From the NCBI GenBank assembly GCA_963813025.1, contig CAWEXO010000015.1, positions 99,849-163,848 of the forward strand: a stretch of DNA of 64,000 bases, in the 5' to 3' direction. A program made the position numbers and the translations under genes. The number at the start of each line of letters is the position of its first letter. The first letter of the stretch is position 1. Shown one piece after another: positions 52,632 through 63,116 of this stretch. The notes beneath the pieces were generated by a model. The model searched no databases and was not told the DNA's origin. It saw nothing but the letters and a program-made list of their open reading frames with translations. The stretch comes from an uncultured Verrucomicrobiae bacterium. Lineage in GTDB: Bacteria; Verrucomicrobiota; Verrucomicrobiia; Chthoniobacterales; JAFAMB01.

Positions 52632-53389
52632 GCGCGGGCCCGATGTTCGGCTAAAGCCGCTTCCCGAGACCGTTCCCAGAGCCGGAAACCACCGCGCATG
52701 GCGCTGGCGTTATTTCCCGGGCGGCAACCGGGCGGAAGTTCCTTTAGTTCCTTCACGTTGCCGCCGCCCAGCACGACTTCGTCCGCCTGGAGCGCAACCG
52801 TCAACCGAGCGACGACATCTGCCACATAGGTGCGCCACTGTTTTTTCCCCCAACGCTCCAGACCGCGCAGTCCGACAAAATCTTCGAAAGTGCCGTTGCG
52901 ATAGGGAAGATGAGCCAGTTCCAAGGGCGCAACGATGCCGTCAATAACCAGAGCAGCCCCTAAACCGGTACCTAAACCGAGGAACAACATTTTGCCGCTC
53001 TTGTAGCTACCCAGGGCCTGCATAGCTGCGTCATTGATCACCTTCGTCGGGTACCCAAACGCGGCTTCGAAGTCGAACCCAACCCAGCCCTTTCCCAGGT
53101 TGTGAGGCTCGGCCACGATCCGCCCGCGCACCACCGGAGACGGAAACCCGATCGAGATCGCATCGTACCTCCAATCCGCGACGAGTTTTCGCACGCCGGG
53201 CACCATTTGCTCCGGCGTCATGTTCGGTCCGGAGGGAAACTTGCGCCGGTTTTCCTCGCCGGTCGCCAAGACCTTGACGTTCGTCCCGCCAATATCCAGC
53301 ACCAGCACAAGTGGATCTCCGGCGGACCCCGAAATGTTCGTCGGGAATGTGGAATCCGTGAACGCTGAAGTGAGTGTACTTTCATCCAT
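52628..53389 (-). CDS. ROK family sugar kinase (polyphosphate glucokinase-like)
   Basis: LDIGGTNVK, VINDAAMQALG, LGLGTGLG, ELAHL. Confidence 0.88.
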   Translation of the reverse strand: MDESTLTSAFTDSTFPTNISGSAGDPLVLVLDIGGTNVKVLATGEENRRKFPSGPNMTPEQMVPGVRKLVADWRYDAISIGFPSPVVRGRIVAEPHNLGKGWVGFDFEAAFGYPTKVINDAAMQALGSYKSGKMLFLGLGTGLGAALVIDGIVAPLELAHLPYRNGTFEDFVGLRGLERWGKKQWRTYVADVVARLTVALQADEVVLGGGNVKELKELPPGCRPGNNASAMRGGFRLWERSREAALAEHRARA

Positions 53390-53569
53390 TTTCACAAGAG
53401 GGGATCCCTTACTATAACGTGCGCAATTGAAATTTGTAGGGCTGACTGAACGCGCGCCCGAACAACTGCTGAAACCTTGGCCAGTATCGTTCATACAGGA
53501 CCGATCGGACCTGTCTCATTGTCTCGTCGGCCGTAGATTACGCTCGAGCTTTGTGCGATAGCATCTCGG

Positions 53570-54706
53570 ATGATGCCAGCAGACGGAGCACCCGAACAGA
53601 AACAAACGATGAGCACGAAAAAAATCGGTTGCAGCGGGTTAACCGTGACCCAAGCCCCATTTGGGGCGATGCCTGACGGTCAAGAAGTGGTACGATATGA
53701 GCTGACCAACGTTCGCGGGATGCGCGTTGGCATCCTGACGTACGGAGCGCTGATCCAATCAATCATCCTCCCGGATAAGCACGGTCAGCCGGCGGATGTT
53801 GTCCTCGGCTTAGACACTCTGGAAAACTATCTTACCGAGAGCCCTTATTTCGGCGCAACCATTGGGCGTTATGCCAACCGAATCGCCGGAGGAAAGTTTC
53901 TTCTGGAGGGTAAAGGGTATCACATCCCGGTCAATAACGGCGCAAACGCACTGCATGGCGGTACGCAGGGCTTCGATAAGAAAGTCTGGTCGGCTAACGC
54001 TCTCCGCAGTGACGATTGGGTGGGTACTGAGTTGACTTATTTCTCCCCCAACGATGAAATGGGGTTTCCCGGCAACTTGGCGGTAACCGTGCGATACACG
54101 CTGAATAATCACAACGAACTCCAGATTCATTACTTCGCGGTGACCGACCGAACCACCATCATCAACCTGACAAATCACAGCTACTTCAACTTGGCCGGCG
54201 CGGGAAACGGGACAGTGCTGGAACAGTTGGTCACGATCAACGCGGATCGCTTCACCCCGATCGACCAGGACTTGATCCCAACCGGAGAGTTGGCGAATGT
54301 TCGAGGCACCCCCTTGGACTTCACCAAACCGATGCCCGTCGGAGCCCGCATCCATCAGGATGACCAGCAACTGAAGAATGCCGAGCCCAACCAGGGCGGC
54401 TATGATTTTAACTGGGTTTTGAACGAGCCGGGCAATCTGGAAGCGTTAGCCGCCCGGGTCGCCGATCCTGAATCGGGCCTGACACTCGAATTCTACACAA
54501 CTGAGCCCGGCGTTCAGATCTACACCGGAAATCTTTTGGACGGCACGATCAGAAGGAGAGATGGCCGGATCTACGAACACTGGGGCGCCTTCACGCTCGA
54601 AGCACAGCATTATCCGGACTCGCCCAATCAACCAAGGTTTCCGAGCACCGAGCTGAAACCCGGCGAGAAATATACCCAAAAAACTATCTTTAAATTTTTT
54701 CCATAG
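53570..54706 (+). CDS. galM: Aldose 1-epimerase
   Basis: GRYANRI, LHGG, NLTNHSYFNL, LEAQHYPDSPN; start may be 53609. Confidence 0.94.
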   Translation: MMPADGAPEQKQTMSTKKIGCSGLTVTQAPFGAMPDGQEVVRYELTNVRGMRVGILTYGALIQSIILPDKHGQPADVVLGLDTLENYLTESPYFGATIGRYANRIAGGKFLLEGKGYHIPVNNGANALHGGTQGFDKKVWSANALRSDDWVGTELTYFSPNDEMGFPGNLAVTVRYTLNNHNELQIHYFAVTDRTTIINLTNHSYFNLAGAGNGTVLEQLVTINADRFTPIDQDLIPTGELANVRGTPLDFTKPMPVGARIHQDDQQLKNAEPNQGGYDFNWVLNEPGNLEALAARVADPESGLTLEFYTTEPGVQIYTGNLLDGTIRRRDGRIYEHWGAFTLEAQHYPDSPNQPRFPSTELKPGEKYTQKTIFKFFP

Positions 54707-55735
54707 ATGGCAAACGACCCAACACAGATAATGCCAGCAAAGGAGTCGCCCCGGCGCCCTCAGGGCCCCGGTGCAGCGCAACAAATTGGCCGAGCCATCC
54801 TTCACTCGCGCGAGGCCAGCATCGTCATCGCCGGCATCATACTGGCGATCTATTTCCAGAGCACTGCTCCGGCGTTTCTTTCTCCCGGAAATATTGCCAA
54901 CCTCGCGGAGTACGCCGCAACGACGGCGATTATTGCCGCGGGCGAAGTCATGGTGCTGATCTGCGGTGAGGTTGACCTCTCTGTCGGTCAGGTCTATGCG
55001 CTCTCGCCTTTCGTGATGTTTTTTGCGCAGCAGGCGGGCCTGCCAGTTCCCTTGGCCATGCTTTTGGGGCTAGGCGCTGGAGCGGTCGTCGGTTTGCTCA
55101 ACGGTCTCATTACTGTGGTGTTGGAAATTCCTTCGTTCATTACCACCCTCGGCACTCTTTTTATTATCAACGGTTTTACCTTAACAATTTCGGGAGGGTT
55201 TCCGGTTCAACCGAAGGCCAGCCCGTTGATGGTAAATATCTTCGGCGGCAACCCGATTTCACAGGTCTCGTGGGCGATCGCGATTGCTTTGATCTTTCAG
55301 TTTGTTTTGAACAAGACCCGCTGGGGTTTGCACACGGTCGCGACCGGCGGAAACCTGACCGGCGCGGCTGAGGTGGGAATTAAGATTCGGTGGATTAAAA
55401 CAGGCAATTTTATCCTTTGCAGCGTCCTGGGGGGCTTTGCTGGTATCCTCGACGCGTTCCGGATTGGGTCGATTGATCCACTAGCCGGAGGCACGGAGAT
55501 CATGTTCATGGCGATCGCATCAGCGGTAATCGGAGGGACTCTGCTGAACGGGGGATCGGGAACGATCATCGGCGCGTTTTTCGGAGCGGTGGTGCTCGGC
55601 ATTTTGAAGGACGGCTTCACCCTTTCCGGGGTCAGCGCTTACACTTTTGACATGATTCTGGGAGGCGCGATTCTCGTGACGATGCTTATCAACGTGCGGT
55701 TGAGCCGGTTGCGTGCCGCGGGAGGCCGGCGATGA
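54707..55735 (+). CDS. Sugar ABC transporter permease (RbsC-like)
   Basis: GEVDLSVG, IPSFITTLG, IASAVIGGT. Confidence 0.92.
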   Translation: MANDPTQIMPAKESPRRPQGPGAAQQIGRAILHSREASIVIAGIILAIYFQSTAPAFLSPGNIANLAEYAATTAIIAAGEVMVLICGEVDLSVGQVYALSPFVMFFAQQAGLPVPLAMLLGLGAGAVVGLLNGLITVVLEIPSFITTLGTLFIINGFTLTISGGFPVQPKASPLMVNIFGGNPISQVSWAIAIALIFQFVLNKTRWGLHTVATGGNLTGAAEVGIKIRWIKTGNFILCSVLGGFAGILDAFRIGSIDPLAGGTEIMFMAIASAVIGGTLLNGGSGTIIGAFFGAVVLGILKDGFTLSGVSAYTFDMILGGAILVTMLINVRLSRLRAAGGRR

Positions 55736-56511
55736 GTTCTGAAGTATTGCGCGGCGAGCATTTATCGAAGTCGTTCGGGGCAGTTACTGCGCTCCGTGAC
55801 GTTTCGATTCATCTGGATAAAGGCGAGGTACTTGGACTCGTCGGCGACAATGGCGCCGGGAAGTCAACCCTCATGAAAATCTTGACCGGCTTTCACCCAC
55901 CGAGCAGCGGGCAGCTGTTCTTTGAAGGAAAACCGGTCGATTTAAAATCGGTCTTGCACGCGCGCGCCCTGGGCATTGAACCGGTGTATCAGGACCTGGC
56001 CTTGATCAACGAATTGAATGTCTACCGGAACATGTTTTTGCAGAAGGAAATCATGTACGGAGGATTTCTGCGGATCCTGGATGACCGAGCCATGCGGGAA
56101 CGCGCTCTACAGCACTTGGACAACATGGGCGTTTATGTGCCGTCGGTCGACGTCGAGATTTCAAAACTGTCGGGCGGCCAACGTCAAGCCATCGCCGTCG
56201 CACGCTCCGTCTACTCAAACGCGAAAGTGTTGCTGTTGGATGAGCCAACGGCCGCGATGGGCGTCAAAGAAAGCGCGATTATCCTTGGTCTGATTAAGCG
56301 GCTCAAGGAGAGCGCGGAGGTCTCCGTCATCATCGTCGCGCATAATTACGCGCAGATCTTCGATGTGTGCGATCGGATCAACCTGTTACAAAATGGGGAG
56401 GTTAGTTTTGATCGACCGACCCGGGAGTCATCGATCGAGGAGCTTACCAATCTGGTGGTCAATGAGTATCGGGCCGCGCGAGAAAACACGGTTCAGACAC
56501 GAAGAGCTTAA
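55732..56511 (+). CDS. Sugar ABC transporter ATP-binding protein
   Basis: GDNGAGKST, LSGGQRQ, LLDEPT. Confidence 0.93.
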   Translation: MSSEVLRGEHLSKSFGAVTALRDVSIHLDKGEVLGLVGDNGAGKSTLMKILTGFHPPSSGQLFFEGKPVDLKSVLHARALGIEPVYQDLALINELNVYRNMFLQKEIMYGGFLRILDDRAMRERALQHLDNMGVYVPSVDVEISKLSGGQRQAIAVARSVYSNAKVLLLDEPTAAMGVKESAIILGLIKRLKESAEVSVIIVAHNYAQIFDVCDRINLLQNGEVSFDRPTRESSIEELTNLVVNEYRAARENTVQTRRA

Positions 56512-56572
56512 ACGATTCGCCGGGCGATGGTTACCAAAGGTCCTGCGGTCTCCTGCAATGAAGGCCTGTTTG

Positions 56573-57013
56573 CTACCGGGATCGGCTTAGCACGACCAAC
56601 AAGCATCCGCCAATAATCAGCGTCGCGCCGATAAATCCTACGGCGTTAAGATGCACTTTCCGGAAAAAGACTGCCGTAAACAGGATGATGAACAGTGGGT
56701 AACTTATCTCCAGGAGCGAAGCGAGCGTAGCGTTCTTCGCGTTGATGGCATAGGCATTGAAGAGGTAGGCGCCGCTGCCGCATAATAGATAGAGGAACAT
56801 TAGCCCGCCCACCGGCCAGCTCTGCCAGAGCTGGTTCCAGTTCTGGCTCGGGTAAAGAATGAACATCAAACCAGCGACTAACAGTCCGTTGGCAAAACTT
56901 AGAAAGCAAAAAGCAGCCGCGAAATCTACCCGACGAAACAGCGTTTCCAGCAAGACATACTGCAGACCCCAACAGACCGCGGATAAGAGCGCATAAACCC
57001 ACCAAGTTATCAT
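56573..57013 (-). CDS. EamA/DMT family membrane protein
   Basis: Five hydrophobic helices; LASLLEISYPLF. Confidence 0.8.
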   Translation of the reverse strand: MITWWVYALLSAVCWGLQYVLLETLFRRVDFAAAFCFLSFANGLLVAGLMFILYPSQNWNQLWQSWPVGGLMFLYLLCGSGAYLFNAYAINAKNATLASLLEISYPLFIILFTAVFFRKVHLNAVGFIGATLIIGGCLLVVLSRSR

Positions 57014-57153
57014 GGAACAGCTTGTAGCACCCGACGAGCGAATCGAAAACCCGAATCCCGGGCGACCAAGTCCCGAGTGGCGAGTCCCGAGTCCCGCGGT
57101 AGAAACGCCTCGTGCCGGTCGGGACGGTACTTAGTTAGCGCGGACAGTCTCGG

Positions 57154-57505
57154 GCCTGTCGGACTTTGGAAATCTGTAAGTACGCCATCAAGCGATTGGT
57201 CGCGCGAGGGCTAGAGATCGTCTCAGAATGCCGGACTGTCCTGCGCCGGTAGGGCGAAAATTTAGAGAATGTCTCGCAACATCCCAAAATCGGTAGGGCG
57301 AGAATTCATCTGAGCTTCGGCGAAGACTCGTTCAAGCCGGGCGCTGCGGCAGGTCACACTGAACACGGCTCAAACAAGTTCTCGCTAAGGCTCGAATAAA
57401 TTTTCGCCCTACCGCCACAGGACCAAAGACGCCTTGGACATCCCTCGAACTCTTCCGAACCATAGCTCGATTGCATGTGCTACAGATTTCCAAAGTCCGA
57501 CGGGC
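57154..57505. mobile_element. RAYT-less copy of the 23673-25609 module (TIR shell enclosing REPs)
   Basis: TIR gcctgtcggactttggaaatctgta / tacagatttccaaagtccgacgggc; both arms homologous to the larger module; GTAG REPs at 57249, 57293 and 57390-57412. Confidence 0.82.
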
Positions 57506-57799
57506 GCGAGGTTGTCCGGCCTGCGCCGAAGCTTTTTTGCTGGCGAAGCGCGCGCCGTAACCTTGCGGAGGTGGCCTGCTCATCCAGATCGAGACGTGAT
57601 CCAAAACCAAGGAGGTCAAACGGGAGCTCCTATGGTGTGTCAAACGGCCGAAGAGTGTGTTCAGGCCATGGCGTTAGTTCCTGGGTTGTTGGGCAACATA
57701 AGTTGCCACTTTTTTCGGGGTTGGGATCAGCAAGAGAGAACAACTCCCCAGAATGAACTTGTCCGGAGTTGGTCTCGCGAGCTGATTCCAACCCCGAAA

Positions 57800-58339
57800 A
57801 AGGGTGGACCCGCGGTCGCCACCAATTCGACCAGCTGCCAAAGCCTTGCGCCATCAGCGCGAATTGCCTTGGGCCCCCAGGCGCTTGCGCTCCTTCACGA
57901 GCTGATCGTGCTGCCGGCTTTGCGCCCGCCGTTGTTCCTGGCTGGGCTTCGGTGGGCACTCGGGCCAGCACCAGGGCGTTTTGATTGCGCCCCAGATAGT
58001 TAAAGAGTTTGCCCGCCAGGTTACGTGCAGCAATGGCGTTGGTTTTGCACCTTTTTTTCCGCTGCTCCTCGCTCTGCGGTCCGCAGACATAGCATTGCGC
58101 TCCCAGGGCGGTAATTTTGCGATAAAGCCCATAACCCAGCGGACCCGCTTCATAGACTACCGCCACTTCTTGGGCCTGGTGCAACTGTCGCTCCACGTAG
58201 AGCAACACCTCGGCTTCGCTGCGCAAAGTGCTCACCGCTCCGATGTGGGCTTGGTCAATTTGCGCGCCGCTTGATTGCTGCGCAGATGCACGTCGATGCC
58301 CAAAACAATTCGTTTGGCCTTCGCCGTATATTGTCTCAT
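57800..58339 (-). pseudogene. IS110-family transposase remnant
   Basis: MRQYTAKAKRIVLGIDVH / VYEAGPLGYGLYR...KTNAIAARNLA; frameshifted and truncated. Confidence 0.78.
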
Positions 58340-58461
58340 TTGGTGTCAGGTTGCTGTTGATTCGGCAGCCTGACAACCACCATGGCATCTACCCACCTGG
58401 GGTGTTGTGAGACAGCATCTTTATTCGAGCCAATTTGGGAGTGGCGTCCAGGAGAAGGAGC

Positions 58462-58508
58462 GGTAGGGATGAGCTCCCGCTCGTCCAAATCGAGACGTGA
58501 TCCAACAC
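58462..58508 (+). repeat. Second-family GTAG REP
   Basis: GGTAGGGATGAGCTCCCGCTCGTCC; relatives at 21001-21078 and 57578-57630. Confidence 0.75.
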
Positions 58509-58737
58509 GCAAGAGGTGAAGCAGCGTCGGCCAAGGTACGGATGAGGCCGTCCGCGCTACGCGAAAGCGTGCGGCAAGACGTGCGTGCTCCACAACATGC
58601 AGGGATGTTGAACGGCTACTTAGGGCTTCGAGCCGTGTTCCTCGACGTGCGCCTTGGCTGCCTCATCAGATTGATGATGGGCGTGAGCCAGATGCCTGTG
58701 AGCAGACACCGCGTGATTAGCCTACACCGCGCCAGGC

Positions 58738-59325
58738 TCACACAGAGTTCCCGAGAAATCCGCCGATCGTTCGCAGAATTTGCTGGTCAATATCATACTG
58801 CGTTTCGCCAGCCGCGCGTAACTGCGTTTTCGTAACGAGGAGCGAATGATCACCGCCGGAAACAATGTGCAGTTCGTTGCGAGCCTTCAGCTGTTGACGA
58901 ACGGTATTCAAAAGGTCGAGCGGACACAGCCGGTCGCGAGTCCCCTGAACGAAAAGAATCGGGGTAGTTAAATCCCGGAGCACTTGATCCCGCAGGCGGC
59001 CGCGATCACCTCCGCCACACAGAGGATAACCGAGGCAGATCAGCGCGGCGACTGGCTGGGCAAGCGCCAGATGACAGCCGACCCGTGCGCCCATGCTTTT
59101 GCCGATGAGAACCAGTGGACGACTGCCGTTTTGACGGGCAATCTCCAGGGCCTTTGAATGAGCGGCCAGCAGCACGGGCAACGGATCTGGCCGGTTGCGC
59201 CTCTCCTGCTGGTAGGGATAATCGAAAAGGTGCACCCACCCAAGTTCGGAAAGATACTTTGCCCATCGCTGCATCCAAGGATGTGAGGATGAAGCGCCCG
59301 CGCCGGGCGCAAAAACAAAGGTCAT
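58738..59325 (-). CDS. Alpha/beta hydrolase family protein
   Basis: GKSMG nucleophile elbow, VQGTRD, GGDH. Confidence 0.88.
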   Translation of the reverse strand: MTFVFAPGAGASSSHPWMQRWAKYLSELGWVHLFDYPYQQERRNRPDPLPVLLAAHSKALEIARQNGSRPLVLIGKSMGARVGCHLALAQPVAALICLGYPLCGGGDRGRLRDQVLRDLTTPILFVQGTRDRLCPLDLLNTVRQQLKARNELHIVSGGDHSLLVTKTQLRAAGETQYDIDQQILRTIGGFLGNSV

Positions 59326-59461
59326 GATCTCACGTTCAGCAACTCTAGGACCGGCGTCCTTGCCGGTCAAAAAAACTGACAAGCTGATAGTCCTGCTCTG
59401 AAAATCAGGGCATAGGTCTTTCCTTATTTCAAACGTCGGCTACAATCCCGATCTCGCCGCC

Positions 59462-60427
59462 ATGTTTTCAAGAATACCGTTTCAGCGCGTCAACTGGTTG
59501 ATTAGTTCTTTTCTGATTGGGACACTTTTCCTCTCTTTGACTGCCGTACCGGCTTATGTCTGGTGGTTCGGGCTCGATACTTTCCAGGTCGTCCTGTTCT
59601 GCATCATGTTCGGGCTGGTCGGCTTTTCCATTACACTCGGATATCATCGCCTCTTTTCCCACCTGGCCTTCCAGGGACACTGGATACTTCGCTTGGCTGT
59701 CCTGGTTTTCGGCGCGGGAGCTTTCGAGAATTCCGTCCTGCTGTGGGCCAGCGAGCATCGCTCCCACCACAAGCACGTCGACCATGAGGATGATCCCTAC
59801 TGTATCGCGAAAGGTCTTTTTTTCGCGCACATCGGCTGGCTGCTTTTCAAGCTCGACCCGCCCCCGCCCTTTGACAACGTCGTCGACCTGCAGAGGGATC
59901 CGCTCGTCCGCTGGCAGCATAAGAACATCCATTGGCTGGCTGCGGTGGTCGCTTTCGCGTTGCCAACAGCGATCGGTTACGTTTGGGGCGGCTGGAAAGC
60001 GGCTCTGGGCGCTTTCCTGATTGCCGGGATCGCTCGTATTGTTGCTCTGCAGCACTGTACGTTTTGCATCAATTCGCTTTGTCACTACATCGGTACGCAA
60101 CCCTTTTCCTCGAAATGCAGCGCGCGAGATTCCTGGTTAATGGCCATCGTCACGCTCGGAGAGGGCTATCACAATTTTCACCACGAGTTTCAACACGATT
60201 ATCGCAACGGTGTAAAAGCCTGGCATATCGATCCGACCAAATGGCTGATCTGGTCATTGTCGAAGATCGGGCTCGCAAAAAAACTGCGCAGAGCCCCCAA
60301 AGAAAAAATCGCATTGGCCGAGCGGACCGAGGCAAAGCGTCGTCGGGACGCTAAACAGCCGTCAACCCGGCGAGGCCGCCAGATAAGGCGCCGACAGATC
60401 GTTTTCGACAAAACCTCTTCAGTGTGA
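59462..60427 (+). CDS. Fatty acid (delta-9 acyl-CoA-like) desaturase
   Basis: His boxes HRLFSH, HRSHH and HNFHH. Confidence 0.93.
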   Translation: MFSRIPFQRVNWLISSFLIGTLFLSLTAVPAYVWWFGLDTFQVVLFCIMFGLVGFSITLGYHRLFSHLAFQGHWILRLAVLVFGAGAFENSVLLWASEHRSHHKHVDHEDDPYCIAKGLFFAHIGWLLFKLDPPPPFDNVVDLQRDPLVRWQHKNIHWLAAVVAFALPTAIGYVWGGWKAALGAFLIAGIARIVALQHCTFCINSLCHYIGTQPFSSKCSARDSWLMAIVTLGEGYHNFHHEFQHDYRNGVKAWHIDPTKWLIWSLSKIGLAKKLRRAPKEKIALAERTEAKRRRDAKQPSTRRGRQIRRRQIVFDKTSSV

Positions 60428-60478
60428 GTCCCGGACTCGTTCGCCAAAGGTGGATTCGAACGAGGCCGCGACTTGACC

Positions 60479-60865
60479 TCACAATCGGACGTTGTCTCCT
60501 TCGTCCCAGCTGCGCTCCACGCGGACGCCGTCTGGACGGATCAAGGTGACACGAAGTTTCTTTTCCCGACCCTTGTAGGGATCAAAACCAAAGGTTGCAT
60601 TCGAGACCTCAAAGCGAACGCCATTAAGAGCAAATCTCCGCACCTGAGCGGTCACATCGATATACCGGCCGCGGGTTCCATAGACCGCGCGCTCGACCCG
60701 CGGACCATAGTAGGAGCCTGGCGGTGGGCGATAGTGTTGCGGATAACCGGGATAGTAACCGGGAGGAGGCCCGGGTGGGTAATAGGGTTGGGCAAAAGCC
60801 GAGATCACCCCAAAGGTGGACGCCAGGAAGCAACTGAGTACGAAGCACAACCGTTTTGTGATCAT
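60479..60865 (-). CDS. Secreted hypothetical protein
   Basis: Signal peptide, Pro/Tyr-rich linker, AVYG...DVT...FGFDP..G..K.L domain. Confidence 0.65.
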   Translation of the reverse strand: MITKRLCFVLSCFLASTFGVISAFAQPYYPPGPPPGYYPGYPQHYRPPPGSYYGPRVERAVYGTRGRYIDVTAQVRRFALNGVRFEVSNATFGFDPYKGREKKLRVTLIRPDGVRVERSWDEGDNVRL

Positions 60866-61116
60866 AACTCTTATTCTGACGAGAATTAGGACCACGCCGA
60901 TCAAAAAAAACGACCCGACGCAGCGCCAATCGAAACGCCAACCCGGCACCGGTTTTCCAAAGATTGTAGAAAGAATAGTTGGACTAGCGAAGTCTCGCGT
61001 CCCAACCTATGTTTGGCCGATTTTTCTCAATCTTCCGAAGAAGAAGCCGAGTTCGTTGGAGAGATTATGACTCAGCCACGCTGATTTTCATTGATCGGTG
61101 CTTTCCTGAAGATGCC

Positions 61117-63027
61117 ATGCCTGAACCAAGCCACCCCGATTTCACCCAAAAGATGGGGACCGCCTCATGGTCGGCGTCAACCGTGGAAACGGCGATCCGC
61201 GTGCCCCGCGCAGGCACGTTAGTCGGCGGGCGATACGAGATCCGGGAAAAAATCGATCCCGAGACTTGCCTGGCCAACGATACCAAGAGCGACCGCGTCG
61301 TCGCGTTGCGATCGGCGGTTTGGCGAAACCCAGATCTTGCAGGAGTGTGGCGTCGCGAAGTTGATCAGTTAGCCGGCGTGAGAAGCGCGCATCTGCTGAA
61401 CATCTTTGACCTTTTTTCGCAGGGCGAGATCGACTACGTCGCGAGTGAATGTCCTTGCGGAGTTTCGCTAAGAGATCTCTTGCGCGGCAGGCCCGCACCG
61501 GAATTGTCCGAAGTCCTCCGACTCCTCACCCCAGTGGCAGACGCTCTGGATACCGCGGCCAGTTTTGTGCACTTCTGGAGTTCGCCAAGTTCGCGTGGCC
61601 TCTATTGCCAGGTAACGGACCCGCAGACCAACGAATCGCTGGCCCGGCCAATCTCAGAGTGGCCTCCATTCACTGTTAAATTGGATTTGTGGTCGCTTCT
61701 CCGGCCGAATCACATGCCATCAATACCGCCGCCCGCCATCGCCTCGTCGGAGCAGAAATCGACACAGGCCGCGCAACAGCTGGCGCTTTTGGCATATGAA
61801 CTGCTCGGGGGGCGTCGGCGGCCGGACGGCGAACGGCGCAGACGTTACCGGCCGATCGGCGGCTTAAATGACGCAGCTAACTCGATCATCTACAGCGGGC
61901 TCCAAGGATGGCCGTTGTTCGAGAGTGCTGCCGGTTTTCTGAAGGATTTTGAACTGGCCAGTCAGCCAGGCGAACGGACCGCGCTCAATGGCGCTGCACG
62001 CGCTGTTCCCGAACCGGACTTTTTCCTTACCGAAGATCGGCGGCCCGGATCTCTGCTTCGGGGTCTCTGGCCTTGGCTCGCCGGCATCGTTGTTGCGCTG
62101 CTAGTCGGAGCAGGATTCCTCCTTTTACCGCTCCGTCGTGAGGTCGCACCGATCAAAGTGCCGATCGCTTCGAAGCAAGCTTCTATCTTGAGCTTGCGTT
62201 CGGAACCAGCCGGCGCGGTCGTCAACCTCGACGGAACTGAGATCGGGAAAACCCCGGTGGTGACCCACGCTCTGAGTCCTGGGTCTCACTTGCTGACGGT
62301 TGAATTTCCCGGCTTCCTGAGCCGGCAGATTCAGCTGGATCTCGCCGCCGGGCAAACCGAGGATCTTGGCACCGTCGTCCTGCAGCGACCCTCGGGCGAG
62401 CTATCGGTAGACACTGATCCAGCGGGGACACCCTTTGAAGTGATCGGGCCGCGGGAGCAGCATATCACGGGACTGACCCCGGTCACCCTCCGCGAACTTG
62501 AGCCCGGTTCCTATGCGGTGCATCTTCGACCGAACGGACAGCCAGAGTACTCCGAAAACGTTGAAGTGGACGGCGCGCAGCCTGTGCGGTTCAGCCATGA
62601 TTTTCCATCGGTTGCCAGCCCAATTCCCAGCTTGGCATTGAGCTCTAGTACACCGGTACCAGCTGCAACTCCCGGTCCAGAAGGAAAGGAAACGGCAGAA
62701 CGCCCGAAGGAATTAAATCACGGAAGGCCGCATCCGGCGCACCATGCAGCTCCGCTCTCCAGGGAAACCGCTTTTCGGCAGTTCAATGCCGAATGGGACG
62801 CCAAAGAGCAAGCGCTCGATCGACGGATCGCCGCTTTGGATCAGAAGCTTGTTTCCGCAGCGGGTCTCCAGAAGAAGCAAATCGCCACCTACAAGAAATA
62901 TCTGCAACACCGCAAGAAAACCGTTCAGGATCTGCGTAAGTACCGGGAACTGAGCCTAAAACACAAATACAACGAGCCGGATTCAAGATCGGTCCTTGAC
63001 GGAATTAAGGGTATCTTTGGATTTTAG
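61117..63027 (+). CDS. Degenerate Ser/Thr-kinase-like domain, TM segment and PEGA domains
   Basis: GTLVGGRYEIREKI...VALR; SEPAGAVVNLDG..IGKTP PEGA repeats; start uncertain (61009 possible). Confidence 0.75.
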   Translation: MPEPSHPDFTQKMGTASWSASTVETAIRVPRAGTLVGGRYEIREKIDPETCLANDTKSDRVVALRSAVWRNPDLAGVWRREVDQLAGVRSAHLLNIFDLFSQGEIDYVASECPCGVSLRDLLRGRPAPELSEVLRLLTPVADALDTAASFVHFWSSPSSRGLYCQVTDPQTNESLARPISEWPPFTVKLDLWSLLRPNHMPSIPPPAIASSEQKSTQAAQQLALLAYELLGGRRRPDGERRRRYRPIGGLNDAANSIIYSGLQGWPLFESAAGFLKDFELASQPGERTALNGAARAVPEPDFFLTEDRRPGSLLRGLWPWLAGIVVALLVGAGFLLLPLRREVAPIKVPIASKQASILSLRSEPAGAVVNLDGTEIGKTPVVTHALSPGSHLLTVEFPGFLSRQIQLDLAAGQTEDLGTVVLQRPSGELSVDTDPAGTPFEVIGPREQHITGLTPVTLRELEPGSYAVHLRPNGQPEYSENVEVDGAQPVRFSHDFPSVASPIPSLALSSSTPVPAATPGPEGKETAERPKELNHGRPHPAHHAAPLSRETAFRQFNAEWDAKEQALDRRIAALDQKLVSAAGLQKKQIATYKKYLQHRKKTVQDLRKYRELSLKHKYNEPDSRSVLDGIKGIFGF

Positions 63028-63116
63028 TGCGCCGGCCGTCGGATTGTCCCGCATGCTTCAGGCCCGTTCCCGTGTTATGGTGCAACGGTTGCTGAGGGGT
63101 ACCGACTTGACCTCCT

